From a virus (taxonomy: Duplodnaviria > Caudoviricetes), in IMG/VR virus record IMGVR_UViG_3300008267_011718, positions 1 to 59,312 of that record: a stretch of DNA of 59,312 nt; one strand, 5' to 3'. The notes under the pieces are model-generated. The model was not told the origin of the DNA, ran no database searches, and saw only the letters and a program-made list of their open reading frames with translations. The position numbers were made by a program, and so were the translations under genes. Position 1 is the stretch's first letter, and the number at the start of each line of letters is the position of its first letter. This document shows positions 1 to 8,500 of the stretch, piece by piece.

Positions 1-50
1 ACAGAATTATTGGTCTTTAACTTATTTTTTTTAATTTTTATTTTTATCAT
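1..50 (-). CDS. 5' part of a gene running off the window edge (MIKIKIKKNKLKTNNS...)
   Basis: ATG at 50-48 overlaps the primase TGA (ATGA coupling); frame open to position 1. Confidence 0.5.
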   Translation of the reverse strand, partial: MIKIKIKKNKLKTNNS

Positions 51-991
51 AGATTTGCTAGCTTATTTAGTAGAAAATAATCTTTACCATTAATTAGTTT
101 TGCTTTTGATTTATATTCTAAGAATTGTTCATGTGACATATCTCCAACGTCAATTCCATATGGAATATTAATTTTATAAACTTCTGCGTCGTATTGGATT
201 AGATCTAAAATAAGTCTTTCTGCTTTCTTCTCAGCATCTGGATCTAATGCAATGTATATCGCTGGGTCATGTCGTATGACTTCTTTAAAGAGTCTGGAAT
301 TTTCCCGCATTGTGGAACCAAGAATAGGAATTGCATTTCTAGCTTTAATCGCGTCAAAAACACCTTCAACAATTGTAACATCTTCACTCCAATCTATATA
401 AAGCTCATTAAACACTAAATCTTTACTTACATCTGGGTTTTTATACTTAGACCAGCCGCCGCCGTCATAACGTCTACCAACAAAATAATTAACTTTCCCA
501 TCTGTATTGAAAGACGGAACTATAATTCTATTTTGATATTCACCGGAAACAGCATATCCTATCTTCCAAAATAAAATATCTTCTTGCGTAATGCCTCTTT
601 CTCTTAAATATCTGCGGGCTGGAAGCGAGGTTAGAGAGTTATCTTTATTACAAAGAGTTTGAAATTCACTTGGAAGTGTTGGTAGCTCTATTTTTTCTTC
701 TACTGCTTCTGAAAAATCAAAAATTTTTTCATAGTCTGAAATTTCAACAATTCCATGAATTTGATTCCATTCACGATTATGGTTAAAATTACCAAAACGT
801 ACAATAATTCTACGAACAGTAGAACCATTCCAATCACAAACCCAGCATTTAAATTTATCTTTGTTAAGATTAACTGAAAGTTTCTTTTTGTGATGCTTAC
901 ATTTTGGACAAAAGAAGAGATACTCATTCCCAACATGTGTACAATCGCCAAGGATTTCTTTTAGGATATTTATTTTTTTTGACTCTGACAT
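47..991 (-). CDS. Phage DNA primase (Zn finger + TOPRIM)
   Basis: CPKC..H..CWVC zinc finger, YLRERGI, RIIVP, YKNP, TOPRIM motifs VEGVFDA and ALDPDA. Confidence 0.9.
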   Translation of the reverse strand: MSESKKINILKEILGDCTHVGNEYLFFCPKCKHHKKKLSVNLNKDKFKCWVCDWNGSTVRRIIVRFGNFNHNREWNQIHGIVEISDYEKIFDFSEAVEEKIELPTLPSEFQTLCNKDNSLTSLPARRYLRERGITQEDILFWKIGYAVSGEYQNRIIVPSFNTDGKVNYFVGRRYDGGGWSKYKNPDVSKDLVFNELYIDWSEDVTIVEGVFDAIKARNAIPILGSTMRENSRLFKEVIRHDPAIYIALDPDAEKKAERLILDLIQYDAEVYKINIPYGIDVGDMSHEQFLEYKSKAKLINGKDYFLLNKLANL

Positions 992-1500
992 AGAATATAG
1001 CCAGCCTTTGCAATCACATAACTATCTGCGCGGTCATAAGTACCCGCTACTGGATTGCCGTGCTTAGTATACTCCACCTTAAATGTAGGTTCAAGCACTA
1101 AAACGCTCTTAAGAACTATTTCTTTTGTATTAGCGCCTTTCTCTACTTTAATGTCTAATTTTTTTCTTGCGCTTGAAGCCCCGATATAATTTGGCTCTTT
1201 ACCGAATAACTCACAGCAAATCCAACTGACTATCCCATTAAATTTTCCAAGAGTCAAGATAACTTGTGCGCTGCTTAATCCTGGTCTAAAGGCATTAAGA
1301 GATTGTTCAATATAAATATCCGTTATATCGTATAAATTTTTTATTTGTTGTAGGCGCTCCTTAACAACTTGAGCTTTTTGAAACATTGATTCAAGTTTTT
1401 TAGAATCTAAACGTATCGCTTCATTATGAAGAATATGGCCATCAACCGTTAAAACGGTGAAGCCAGTTATTGATGTGCTTATATCTAATCCAAGTATCAT
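970..1500 (-). CDS. RuvC-like Holliday junction resolvase
   Basis: N-terminal ILGLDISTSITG, IYIEQ and C-terminal DRADSYVIA acidic motifs of the RNase H/RuvC fold. Confidence 0.85.
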   Translation of the reverse strand: MILGLDISTSITGFTVLTVDGHILHNEAIRLDSKKLESMFQKAQVVKERLQQIKNLYDITDIYIEQSLNAFRPGLSSAQVILTLGKFNGIVSWICCELFGKEPNYIGASSARKKLDIKVEKGANTKEIVLKSVLVLEPTFKVEYTKHGNPVAGTYDRADSYVIAKAGYILCQSQKK

Positions 1501-1506
1501 AAAGAT

Positions 1507-1534
1507 ATTATAAAACCTTTTATAATTTTGTAAA
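1507..1534 (-). promoter_or_regulatory. Sigma70-like promoter for the resolvase-primase unit, probably giving a leaderless mRNA
   Basis: Minus strand reads TTTACA-16 nt-TATAAT-6 nt-ATG(1500); overlapped by inverted repeat ATTATAAAA-CC-TTTTATAAT (1507-1526). Confidence 0.55.
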
Positions 1535-1535
1535 A

Positions 1536-1943
1536 CTATACAACATAATAATCTGGATCTTCGTTAACGGCTATCAATTTATATTGATCAGCGTTAGCTA
1601 ATGCTGGGGCTGATAATTCAACATAAATATTTGTACTTGATGTATATAATTGTATGGAAATAAGATCATTAATCCATCTTTCATCTTCTTTTATAAAAAC
1701 ATTAACATTAATAAAGTTTAAAGATGCTACTTGAAAAGACGCGCCGCCATATAAAGTTGTAGGTAGTTCTATAATAGCGCCACCAGAAATATCAAAACTG
1801 CCAGTTTTTTGATATCTTAAACGCTTATAAGCATTCTGTATGTTTGCCGTGTTGGTTACATTTACAGCATACGAAGCAGTACCATAAAGAGTACCAGTTA
1901 TTTGCGGAGAATAAATATAGGAAGATGTAATAGTATTAATAAT
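1536..1943 (-). CDS. Unannotated Met-less fibre-associated ORF (135 aa from ATT 1943); paralog of the C-terminal domain of 2676..4163
   Basis: Hand translation IINTITSSYIYSPQITGTLYGTASYA...RWINDLISIQ...VELSAPAL...KLIAVNEDPDYYVV*; frame open 1976..1536 with no ATG. Confidence 0.8.
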   Translation of the reverse strand: MINTITSSYIYSPQITGTLYGTASYAVNVTNTANIQNAYKRLRYQKTGSFDISGGAIIELPTTLYGGASFQVASLNFINVNVFIKEDERWINDLISIQLYTSSTNIYVELSAPALANADQYKLIAVNEDPDYYVV

Positions 1944-2143
1944 TAACCACCAGATGCACTTATATTTGTTAAGTATCTACCATCGCCAACAAAATATGAG
2001 GCAGTAATCGGTAGAGAAGAACTTACATGACCATTTTCTAGAGTTCCACTAACATTAAATAAGACATTATTATTGGAATCTTGTTTTATTATTTGCTTCT
2101 TAGTAAGAAGGTCAGATAAAACTTTTACTGGCTTTGTTGCCAT
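1943..2143 (-). CDS. Short fibre-like protein, possibly the N-terminal part of a frameshifted gene
   Basis: ITASYFVGDGRYLTNI resembles the F-x-GDG-x-x-LT-N fibre repeat; RBS GAGG upstream. Confidence 0.75.
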   Translation of the reverse strand: MATKPVKVLSDLLTKKQIIKQDSNNNVLFNVSGTLENGHVSSSLPITASYFVGDGRYLTNISASGG

Positions 2144-2146
2144 TAA

Positions 2147-2401
2147 TTATTCCTCTATCCCATACTCTTTTTTAATTTGTTTTAAATTTTTTAAAAAGTC
2201 TGGTTGAATGCCCATTAAGCGGACATTTTTATTTAATATATCTTTAATTAGTTCTAAGTGGCGCTTTTGTGATTTTAATATATTTAGACCATCTTCTTTA
2301 TTAATTTTTTCTTTGTCTAATGCTACTCTAAAATCTCTTAAATTCGTTCTTATAATATAAATCCAATTCGCTACTTGCAAAAAATTAAAACTATTCTTCA
2401 T
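2147..2401 (-). CDS. Hypothetical protein
   Basis: 84 aa ORF overlapping upstream gene end; helical charged composition. Confidence 0.6.
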   Translation of the reverse strand: MKNSFNFLQVANWIYIIRTNLRDFRVALDKEKINKEDGLNILKSQKRHLELIKDILNKNVRLMGIQPDFLKNLKQIKKEYGIEE

Positions 2402-2594
2402 TGTCAGATTCGCCTTCTAACTCTATTTCTGCAATAATTTTATCATATTTTTTACACATTTTATCAACTTCATTAATTATTTCTTGTTTATTCTTCATTA
2501 ATTCTGCCTGAGTTCTTATATCTTTTGTATGCGCTAATACTACACCTACCATATAATCAAAATCTTTCAAAAGGTATGTTATCTTTCGTTTCAT
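2391..2594 (-). CDS. Hypothetical protein
   Basis: 67 aa ORF with GAGG RBS just upstream of ATG. Confidence 0.65.
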   Translation of the reverse strand: MKRKITYLLKDFDYMVGVVLAHTKDIRTQAELMKNKQEIINEVDKMCKKYDKIIAEIELEGESDNEE

Positions 2595-2620
2595 TAAAAC
2601 CTCAAAATATATATAGTATA

Positions 2621-2656
2621 AAATAAAACAGGGTGGCTTTTTAGGGCCACCCTGTT
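2621..2656 (-). terminator. Rho-independent terminator after the fibre gene
   Basis: Perfect 11-bp stem AACAGGGTGGC/GCCACCCTGTT (2627-2637, 2646-2656), 8-nt loop, running into a T-rich tract on the minus strand. Confidence 0.85.
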
Positions 2657-2675
2657 AAATTAAAGACTTAAATGT

Positions 2676-4163
2676 TTAACCTTGTAATATATAATTTGTA
2701 TCATTTACAACTATTAAACGAATTTGATTATTATCTGGTAAAGCTGGTGCTTCAACAGTAATAAGAGGATACCAAACATCATCAATTAATGAAGCTGATA
2801 CATTGACCGATACTAGATCGTTTGTCCAAGTTTGATTTGGCCCGTTTCTTACTGCAACGTCAATAGAAGCACCAAACATTCTATTTAATAATTCTGATGG
2901 TCCTTCTACGGCACTAGCCGTTAATTGTGCTGGTAAAGCACCAGTAACATTTGCGGTTGACCAAGAATTAGTATCATTACCAGAGCCTGACAACAAGAAT
3001 GTAACAACACCACCGCTTGAAGCTCCTTTCATGCTAGATCTTACGCTATAGTATTTATTAATTGATAAGGGTGTCTCTTGTGGAAGAGCATTAGCTAAAT
3101 TGCTTAAAACACCTGTTAGGTTAAGATATCCAGTACCAGCTCCAAAATCTGTATCTGATAAAATTAAAACAGCGCCACTTAATGTTGAAGTACCTTCAAC
3201 TGTAAGACCAGTAAGGTTGCCTAAACTTGTTAGCGAAGAGTTGACAACAGTGCTGCCTAGTGTGGTGGAACTAAGAACTGATGAATTATTAATCTTAAAT
3301 TCTTTGCCTGACGCTAGATCAATATGCTCACTTGAAGTCCAAGAATCAGTGCTATTAGACCATTGAAATGTTTTATTAGTAGATCCGCTAAGAGTAATAC
3401 CACCACCATCAGCGCCTATATCTGTTGCAGCTGCACCGCCATCTGGTACACCTAAAATAACATTTTTATCTTTGATTGTTACGTTTTGTGAAGCTACTGT
3501 TGTTGTTGCACCATAAACAGTAAGATCACCAGTAATTGATAAATTTCCACCAACGCTTGCAGTGCCTGGTATGCTTACTGTTGCACCGGCAGCACCTATA
3601 GTGATTGTATTGCTAGTAACGCCAGTAAAAATGCTCTTATTTTCATTAGCGTCTGCAACTATATTTCCACCAAATGTAACATCACCGTTTAGCGTAGTGG
3701 TACTATTAACAGTTAAATCGCCGTTTAGCGTTGTAACACCGCCAACTTGTAATGTGCTAGAACCGCTAATGCTTGTAAATTTACCAGCTGCTTGTGTAGT
3801 AGCACCAATTGAAACTCCATCAATTGTACCGCCGTTAATATCAGCGGTTGTTACTGCGCCTAGATCACTAATTGTTGAACCATTAAAACTAAAAGTACCA
3901 GAGTTAAATGTTCCAGCTCCAACCTTATCTGCCGCTACTTGACCAGCAGCAAGAGTTAGAGTACCGGCAGAAACATTTAATGTTTTACCAGCGCCAACCG
4001 TAATATTTGAAGTGGCAATTGAAACTCCATCAATTGAACCACCATTAATATCAACTGTATTGGCAGTTAATGTGCCATTACCACCTACTGTTAAAGAACC
4101 ACTTGTATTAAGCGAGCCAGACACTTGCAGGCCTGTTAAAACTTTTAAATCAGCCATTTTCAT
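2676..4163 (-). CDS. Tail fibre / beta-rich virion fibre protein
   Basis: Gly/Thr/Ser-rich; repeated DINGG(S/T)IDGVSI; GDLTVYG..TT...DK...LG...ADGGGITL..T.K.F.W....W.SSE motif typical of phage fibres; ATG at 4163 or 4157 preferred to TTG 4178. Confidence 0.8.
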   Translation of the reverse strand: MKMADLKVLTGLQVSGSLNTSGSLTVGGNGTLTANTVDINGGSIDGVSIATSNITVGAGKTLNVSAGTLTLAAGQVAADKVGAGTFNSGTFSFNGSTISDLGAVTTADINGGTIDGVSIGATTQAAGKFTSISGSSTLQVGGVTTLNGDLTVNSTTTLNGDVTFGGNIVADANENKSIFTGVTSNTITIGAAGATVSIPGTASVGGNLSITGDLTVYGATTTVASQNVTIKDKNVILGVPDGGAAATDIGADGGGITLSGSTNKTFQWSNSTDSWTSSEHIDLASGKEFKINNSSVLSSTTLGSTVVNSSLTSLGNLTGLTVEGTSTLSGAVLILSDTDFGAGTGYLNLTGVLSNLANALPQETPLSINKYYSVRSSMKGASSGGVVTFLLSGSGNDTNSWSTANVTGALPAQLTASAVEGPSELLNRMFGASIDVAVRNGPNQTWTNDLVSVNVSASLIDDVWYPLITVEAPALPDNNQIRLIVVNDTNYILQG

Positions 4164-4203
4164 AATTTTCCCGGTCAAAAGACCTGTTGAAGTATTTCTT
4201 ATA

Positions 4204-4212
4204 ATAAATAGT
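4204..4212 (-). promoter_or_regulatory. Putative late-promoter motif ACTATTTAT
   Basis: Same motif occurs in intergenic gaps at 7483, 10825, 10844 and 29725. Confidence 0.55.
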
Positions 4213-4225
4213 TAATATTCAGTTA

Positions 4226-5287
4226 TTATCCAATAATTGTTACAACATATTGCTGCCCAATTATTGGTGGATCGCCTAAATCAACAGTTATATTATTTAA
4301 GTCATCAAAGCTTATACCAACTTCTACTTTTTCATAATCGTTATCTGCGCTATTTGATCTAACGGAAACATACATATCTCGTGTATTAAGATTATGATTA
4401 ATGTTATAGGTTGCATAAGCGGGATCACCTATAATAAATATCTTTTTTACTGCTAATCTAGATGCCGTTTCAATACCAGCATTAGGTGAAATTTGCTTTA
4501 TCTTTTTTTCTTGTTCTTGTATAAAAGTTAAATTTTCTTTAGGAATTTTAAATTCTACTGCGTTTTCTTCTATTATTATTTGTGGTTTTTCTTGATTATT
4601 ACCTTCACCGATTAAATATCCAAGAACTTTTACACCTATTGATGTTTTATATTTTCTTTCTTCTTCATTAAGACTAGATATTGATTCTTGTTCAAAATTT
4701 TGCTCCATAAAACATTCATACTTATGATTATCACTGCTTATCAAAAAATAATTTTGTGCTGTTCTTGCCATAAATGGCTGAACCGCTTCATTCATTTGTG
4801 ATTGATAGTTAGTTAAAATATTAATTTTATATTGTACAGTAATATAAATTGGTATTGGGACCGATAAATGCTGATAAACTTGTTTTTTATTTTTTTTAGA
4901 TGTTACGAAATTTATCTGACCAGTTGATTTTAAACTATCAGCATTAGCAAAGTTAGAAGTTTTATCTTGATTTAATAGCTTTGTTATTATATATCTATCA
5001 TTCTTTGGGGATACATTAGCAAAAAAGCCGCCTTTATTGCTTGGATCTTTTGTAGAACTTACACGTTCTATAGAAATAATAGGTGGTATTAGAGAGCCAT
5101 TTGCATCTCTGATAGCTTTATTGTTTTTTATCTGAAAAGATCTTTCCGCAGACGACCAAATAACAGGAATTTTTTCCCAACCATTAATAGTTGTGCAATG
5201 AGTATTTAAATCTTCAACATATTTTAAAAATGCAGAATCAATGGTTTCTATGTTACTAGGACTAATGTTTATTTTTTTTTGTTCCAT
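4226..5287 (-). CDS. Tail terminator/completion protein (T4 gp15-like) with an appended C-terminal beta domain
   Basis: IETIDSAF, IPVIW...ER, PPIISIER, PIYITVQYKINILT...QMNEAVQ pattern; C-terminal NHNLNTRD...YVVTIIG domain. Confidence 0.6.
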   Translation of the reverse strand: MEQKKINISPSNIETIDSAFLKYVEDLNTHCTTINGWEKIPVIWSSAERSFQIKNNKAIRDANGSLIPPIISIERVSSTKDPSNKGGFFANVSPKNDRYIITKLLNQDKTSNFANADSLKSTGQINFVTSKKNKKQVYQHLSVPIPIYITVQYKINILTNYQSQMNEAVQPFMARTAQNYFLISSDNHKYECFMEQNFEQESISSLNEEERKYKTSIGVKVLGYLIGEGNNQEKPQIIIEENAVEFKIPKENLTFIQEQEKKIKQISPNAGIETASRLAVKKIFIIGDPAYATYNINHNLNTRDMYVSVRSNSADNDYEKVEVGISFDDLNNITVDLGDPPIIGQQYVVTIIG

Positions 5288-5301
5288 TGTCAATTAAATT
5301 T

Positions 5302-5814
5302 TTAAACAGATCCGCTATAAGAAAAATATATTGATAAAACACTACAGGTAACATTTGCAGCAGAGCAAGAAAGTTCTATAGGGGCTGACAATGTAGGATA
5401 ATAACCAGAGTCACCAGGATTTTTACCAAAAGTATAAATAAAATCTATATTTCCTTCGCTTGGATTATAAGCTTTATAGCCATTATAAAAAGGCCCAAGT
5501 GGGCCACCAGGACTAGATGGGGTATAATATACAATATCAACAGGTATATCTAACAAATTTTTTGCTAAAACTAATGATCCGGTAGCGTCAGAAGCTCCTG
5601 TAACAAAAGCAACAACAGTTAAATAATAAGAAGAACCAGAAAGATTATACAAAAAATCACTTGGTAAAAAGAATGTTCCAACTTCTACTGGCGAAGTGCC
5701 AGTAACACTAAAAGGGAATGTTGTATTAATTGTTGCTGGAAAATAAGGAGGTGCGTTTTTGGCAACCGTTGTTGTTACTGTAATACCTGATGAGTTTGGA
5801 TATGAAATTGGCAT
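5302..5814 (-). CDS. Hypothetical virion protein
   Basis: 170 aa, Pro/Ser/Thr/Gly-rich, inside the structural module. Confidence 0.65.
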   Translation of the reverse strand: MPISYPNSSGITVTTTVAKNAPPYFPATINTTFPFSVTGTSPVEVGTFFLPSDFLYNLSGSSYYLTVVAFVTGASDATGSLVLAKNLLDIPVDIVYYTPSSPGGPLGPFYNGYKAYNPSEGNIDFIYTFGKNPGDSGYYPTLSAPIELSCSAANVTCSVLSIYFSYSGSV

Positions 5815-5815
5815 A

Positions 5816-7462
5816 TTAGTATCCTATTCTTGTTACAAGAGCTTTTTGATTATTTACTGATTGGCTTATATAAAAACCAGCGTGGAACAAACTTGCAGCA
5901 TATTCATCGGCTGTATAAGTTCCAGATGGATATATTATAAACGCATAAGTCTCTGGGGCTGTTTGTATTCCTTGTAGCAAAAATCCATTAATAAATCCAG
6001 GGTCAGAGCTGCTACCTACTGATATGTAAAGTTCTTGATCGGATGGATTAGCAATTATTAAAGATTTTCTTTCCTTATCTGGTGTTGCCATAACGAAGGT
6101 TCCGCTGTTTACAGACCAGTCAAAACCAAATACATTAGCAACATATCTTTGAGTTTGAACTTGCGTTGCTGATCTTTTTTGAATTTGTAGCGGGAAAGAA
6201 TCTGATGCTGTAATAAATAAACCGTTTGACGATGTATTAGCGACATAGACTGGTTTATCATTATCTGAAATAACAAATACTGGATTGCCTTTGGACGACG
6301 TAACATTAACATTGCCTGAAATGGAATTTACATTGCTAACACTTATAGGATTTATAATAGAAGCAATACTTAAAGTACCTGTTACAGTTATTGGATCTTG
6401 TGCAGAGGCAGTTACTTTTACAACTAGCGCAGAACCAGATGGAAGAGCATATGAAGCATAATCTAAAGTAAAATTACCAGTAACTGGTAATGGTTCAGTA
6501 GATCCACTTATTTTCACTACAAGCGTTTCTTCGCCTTCTATTTGAGTAGTCTTAAGATTATCAATTGATACAGCACCAGTGACATATACTGGATTTGATT
6601 GTATTGATTTAACATAAATTGGGTTTGATTCTACTGATCCTGTAACTATTACTTTTAATTTATAATCATTGTTTGATAAATCTGTAGCGGCTGTTAAATA
6701 ATTTATTGCTTGTTGAAAACCGTTGTTATCAATAGTTACACTAGAACCAGTAGTTTTAACTAATACAGCCTCATTATTAGCATCTATGTAATATATATTA
6801 GATCCAGTTAGTTTAACCTTTAAAGAACCACCGCCAGATGGAGTATATGAATAAGAAAGAGCAGTTAACGCTTCATTGATATTATCGTTATTTATTTGGA
6901 CTAATGCTGGGTTGTTTAAAGAAGTAGTTACTTCTAAAAGACCTGTTGTATAAACTGGATTTGCGTATGAAGAAGTAACTGGTACTTTTCCATCGTTAAG
7001 AGTTAAGTCTTTGATCTCAATTTTATTTCCAGCAGCACCAGTTAAATAAACTAAAAGAGCGCTTTTAGCTGTACCGGCACCAGTAGTATAACCAGGATTA
7101 ATATCAAGTAAATGTACGCCAACAGGGTTACCAGAAGATGCAGTAACTGTAGTAATGGCTGGATAATTATTAACATTTACTGTACCTGTGACTAGTACAG
7201 GGCTATTTGCTGAAGAGGATATATAAAGAGGCGCAGCCAAAGAAGAGGTTACAAATACATTATCGCCTACTACTATATCAACATTAACTGGTTGAGAGAT
7301 TTGAACAGCTCCAGTAACATAAACAGGATTAGCAGCAGACGCGGTTATATTAACTGCTCCACTTATGCTATGTTCTGGTATTAAACCAGTACTTGAACTA
7401 TTAGCAGATAGCTTAGAGAATGCTCCGTTACCATCTTTTATTATTAAACTATTTGTCGCCAT
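5816..7462 (-). CDS. Repeat-rich virion fibre/decoration protein
   Basis: About a dozen degenerate (T/S)(A/S)Sxx(N)PV(Y/L)VTG repeats; N-terminal IKDGNG; C-terminal RKSLIIANPSDQELYISVG domain; AGGA RBS. Confidence 0.7.
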   Translation of the reverse strand: MATNSLIIKDGNGAFSKLSANSSSTGLIPEHSISGAVNITASAANPVYVTGAVQISQPVNVDIVVGDNVFVTSSLAAPLYISSSANSPVLVTGTVNVNNYPAITTVTASSGNPVGVHLLDINPGYTTGAGTAKSALLVYLTGAAGNKIEIKDLTLNDGKVPVTSSYANPVYTTGLLEVTTSLNNPALVQINNDNINEALTALSYSYTPSGGGSLKVKLTGSNIYYIDANNEAVLVKTTGSSVTIDNNGFQQAINYLTAATDLSNNDYKLKVIVTGSVESNPIYVKSIQSNPVYVTGAVSIDNLKTTQIEGEETLVVKISGSTEPLPVTGNFTLDYASYALPSGSALVVKVTASAQDPITVTGTLSIASIINPISVSNVNSISGNVNVTSSKGNPVFVISDNDKPVYVANTSSNGLFITASDSFPLQIQKRSATQVQTQRYVANVFGFDWSVNSGTFVMATPDKERKSLIIANPSDQELYISVGSSSDPGFINGFLLQGIQTAPETYAFIIYPSGTYTADEYAASLFHAGFYISQSVNNQKALVTRIGY

Positions 7463-7482
7463 ATTTTATTCCTACTTTTTAT

Positions 7483-7491
7483 ATAATTAGC
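7483..7491 (-). promoter_or_regulatory. Putative late-promoter motif GCTAATTAT
   Basis: Variant of ACTANTTAT, 20 nt upstream of ATG 7462. Confidence 0.45.
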
Positions 7492-7497
7492 GCTATC

Positions 7498-8496
7498 TTA
7501 TAAATCTAACTTTAATTTAAAAGTAAATTCTCTTTCTTCTGTTTTTCTAACTGGTTTTGATAATTTTGCAACTCCAATTACATTCTTTTCTTCGTCATAT
7601 ATATAAATTGAAGATATGTATGTTTCTTTATGAAAACTAGCAGTTGGTGTTGCGTAAATATTTTTTGTTATATTTTTTATTTCTTGAGTTTCTTTTTCGT
7701 AATAGTAAGTGCTACCAGTAGATAAATTAATTGATGAACTGTTTTGTGCTATAAAAGTATAATTTGAAGAATAGTTAAGTGCACCTTTTGGAGCATGTGC
7801 TAGCATAGTTATTTGTGGTATCTTATGCACACCATCAAATTCTATATCATAAGAAGTCTGTAATACTGAGCCCGTTCTCAAATTAGCAGAAATGCCCCAA
7901 TTTATCCATCTAGGATAGTCAGGATTTACTGTTGAATATGTTTTTGAATAAAAATACTCTTGATAATCTGCTAACTGAGTGCTATCAAAAAGAGCCATAA
8001 GACCTTCATCATATAAAACAACCCCAACTACTTTTCTAGAATTTGAAAGCGGTGTGGAGCCAGTGGTTTGTATGATTTCACCGTTTCTTAATATGTCTTG
8101 AGCTTTTCCTATCAATAAACCATTATGAAAAATACTTAATTCAATAGAACCTTTTGAAAGAGAATCTCCATAAAAAATACTTGGTATGCTAACAAGACAA
8201 ACATCAGCAACATTGAAATCTACATAACTTGATGAATATTCAAATACTTCACTATATTTTCTATATTTTTTAAAAAGCGGCTCTAATGTTTTCAATCTAA
8301 TTCTATTATCAGTCTCATATTGACTTGTAACAGCATTAGAACTATTTGGATAAAATTCAATATTGATTGAAGAAGTTAAAGGATAATCTTGTTTTAATAC
8401 TTCACCATAACTACTAGTAGCAAAATCAGTAGAAGATACAGAATTAAACCTGTTTAAATCAGAGCCTTTAATTATGTATCTATAATAATTTGACAT
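7498..8496 (-). CDS. Baseplate/tail-associated structural protein (paralog of 8749..9858)
   Basis: SIPSIFYGDSL.KGS, VGVVLYDEG, NYSSN.T, YISSIYIYD....IGVAKLSKPVRK...FKLKLDL. Confidence 0.7.
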   Translation of the reverse strand: MSNYYRYIIKGSDLNRFNSVSSTDFATSSYGEVLKQDYPLTSSINIEFYPNSSNAVTSQYETDNRIRLKTLEPLFKKYRKYSEVFEYSSSYVDFNVADVCLVSIPSIFYGDSLSKGSIELSIFHNGLLIGKAQDILRNGEIIQTTGSTPLSNSRKVVGVVLYDEGLMALFDSTQLADYQEYFYSKTYSTVNPDYPRWINWGISANLRTGSVLQTSYDIEFDGVHKIPQITMLAHAPKGALNYSSNYTFIAQNSSSINLSTGSTYYYEKETQEIKNITKNIYATPTASFHKETYISSIYIYDEEKNVIGVAKLSKPVRKTEEREFTFKLKLDL

Positions 8497-8500
8497 ATCA

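Noticed and set aside
1920-1945. In-frame TAA readthrough of the 66-aa ORF
   Set aside because: The same-frame continuation (LLILLHLP...) is not protein-like; the paralog-matching sequence is in the -1 frame
3100-4215. Plus-strand ORFs of 67-126 aa opposite the fibre gene
   Set aside because: Antisense shadows of Gly/Thr/Ser codon bias; no RBS or recognisable motifs
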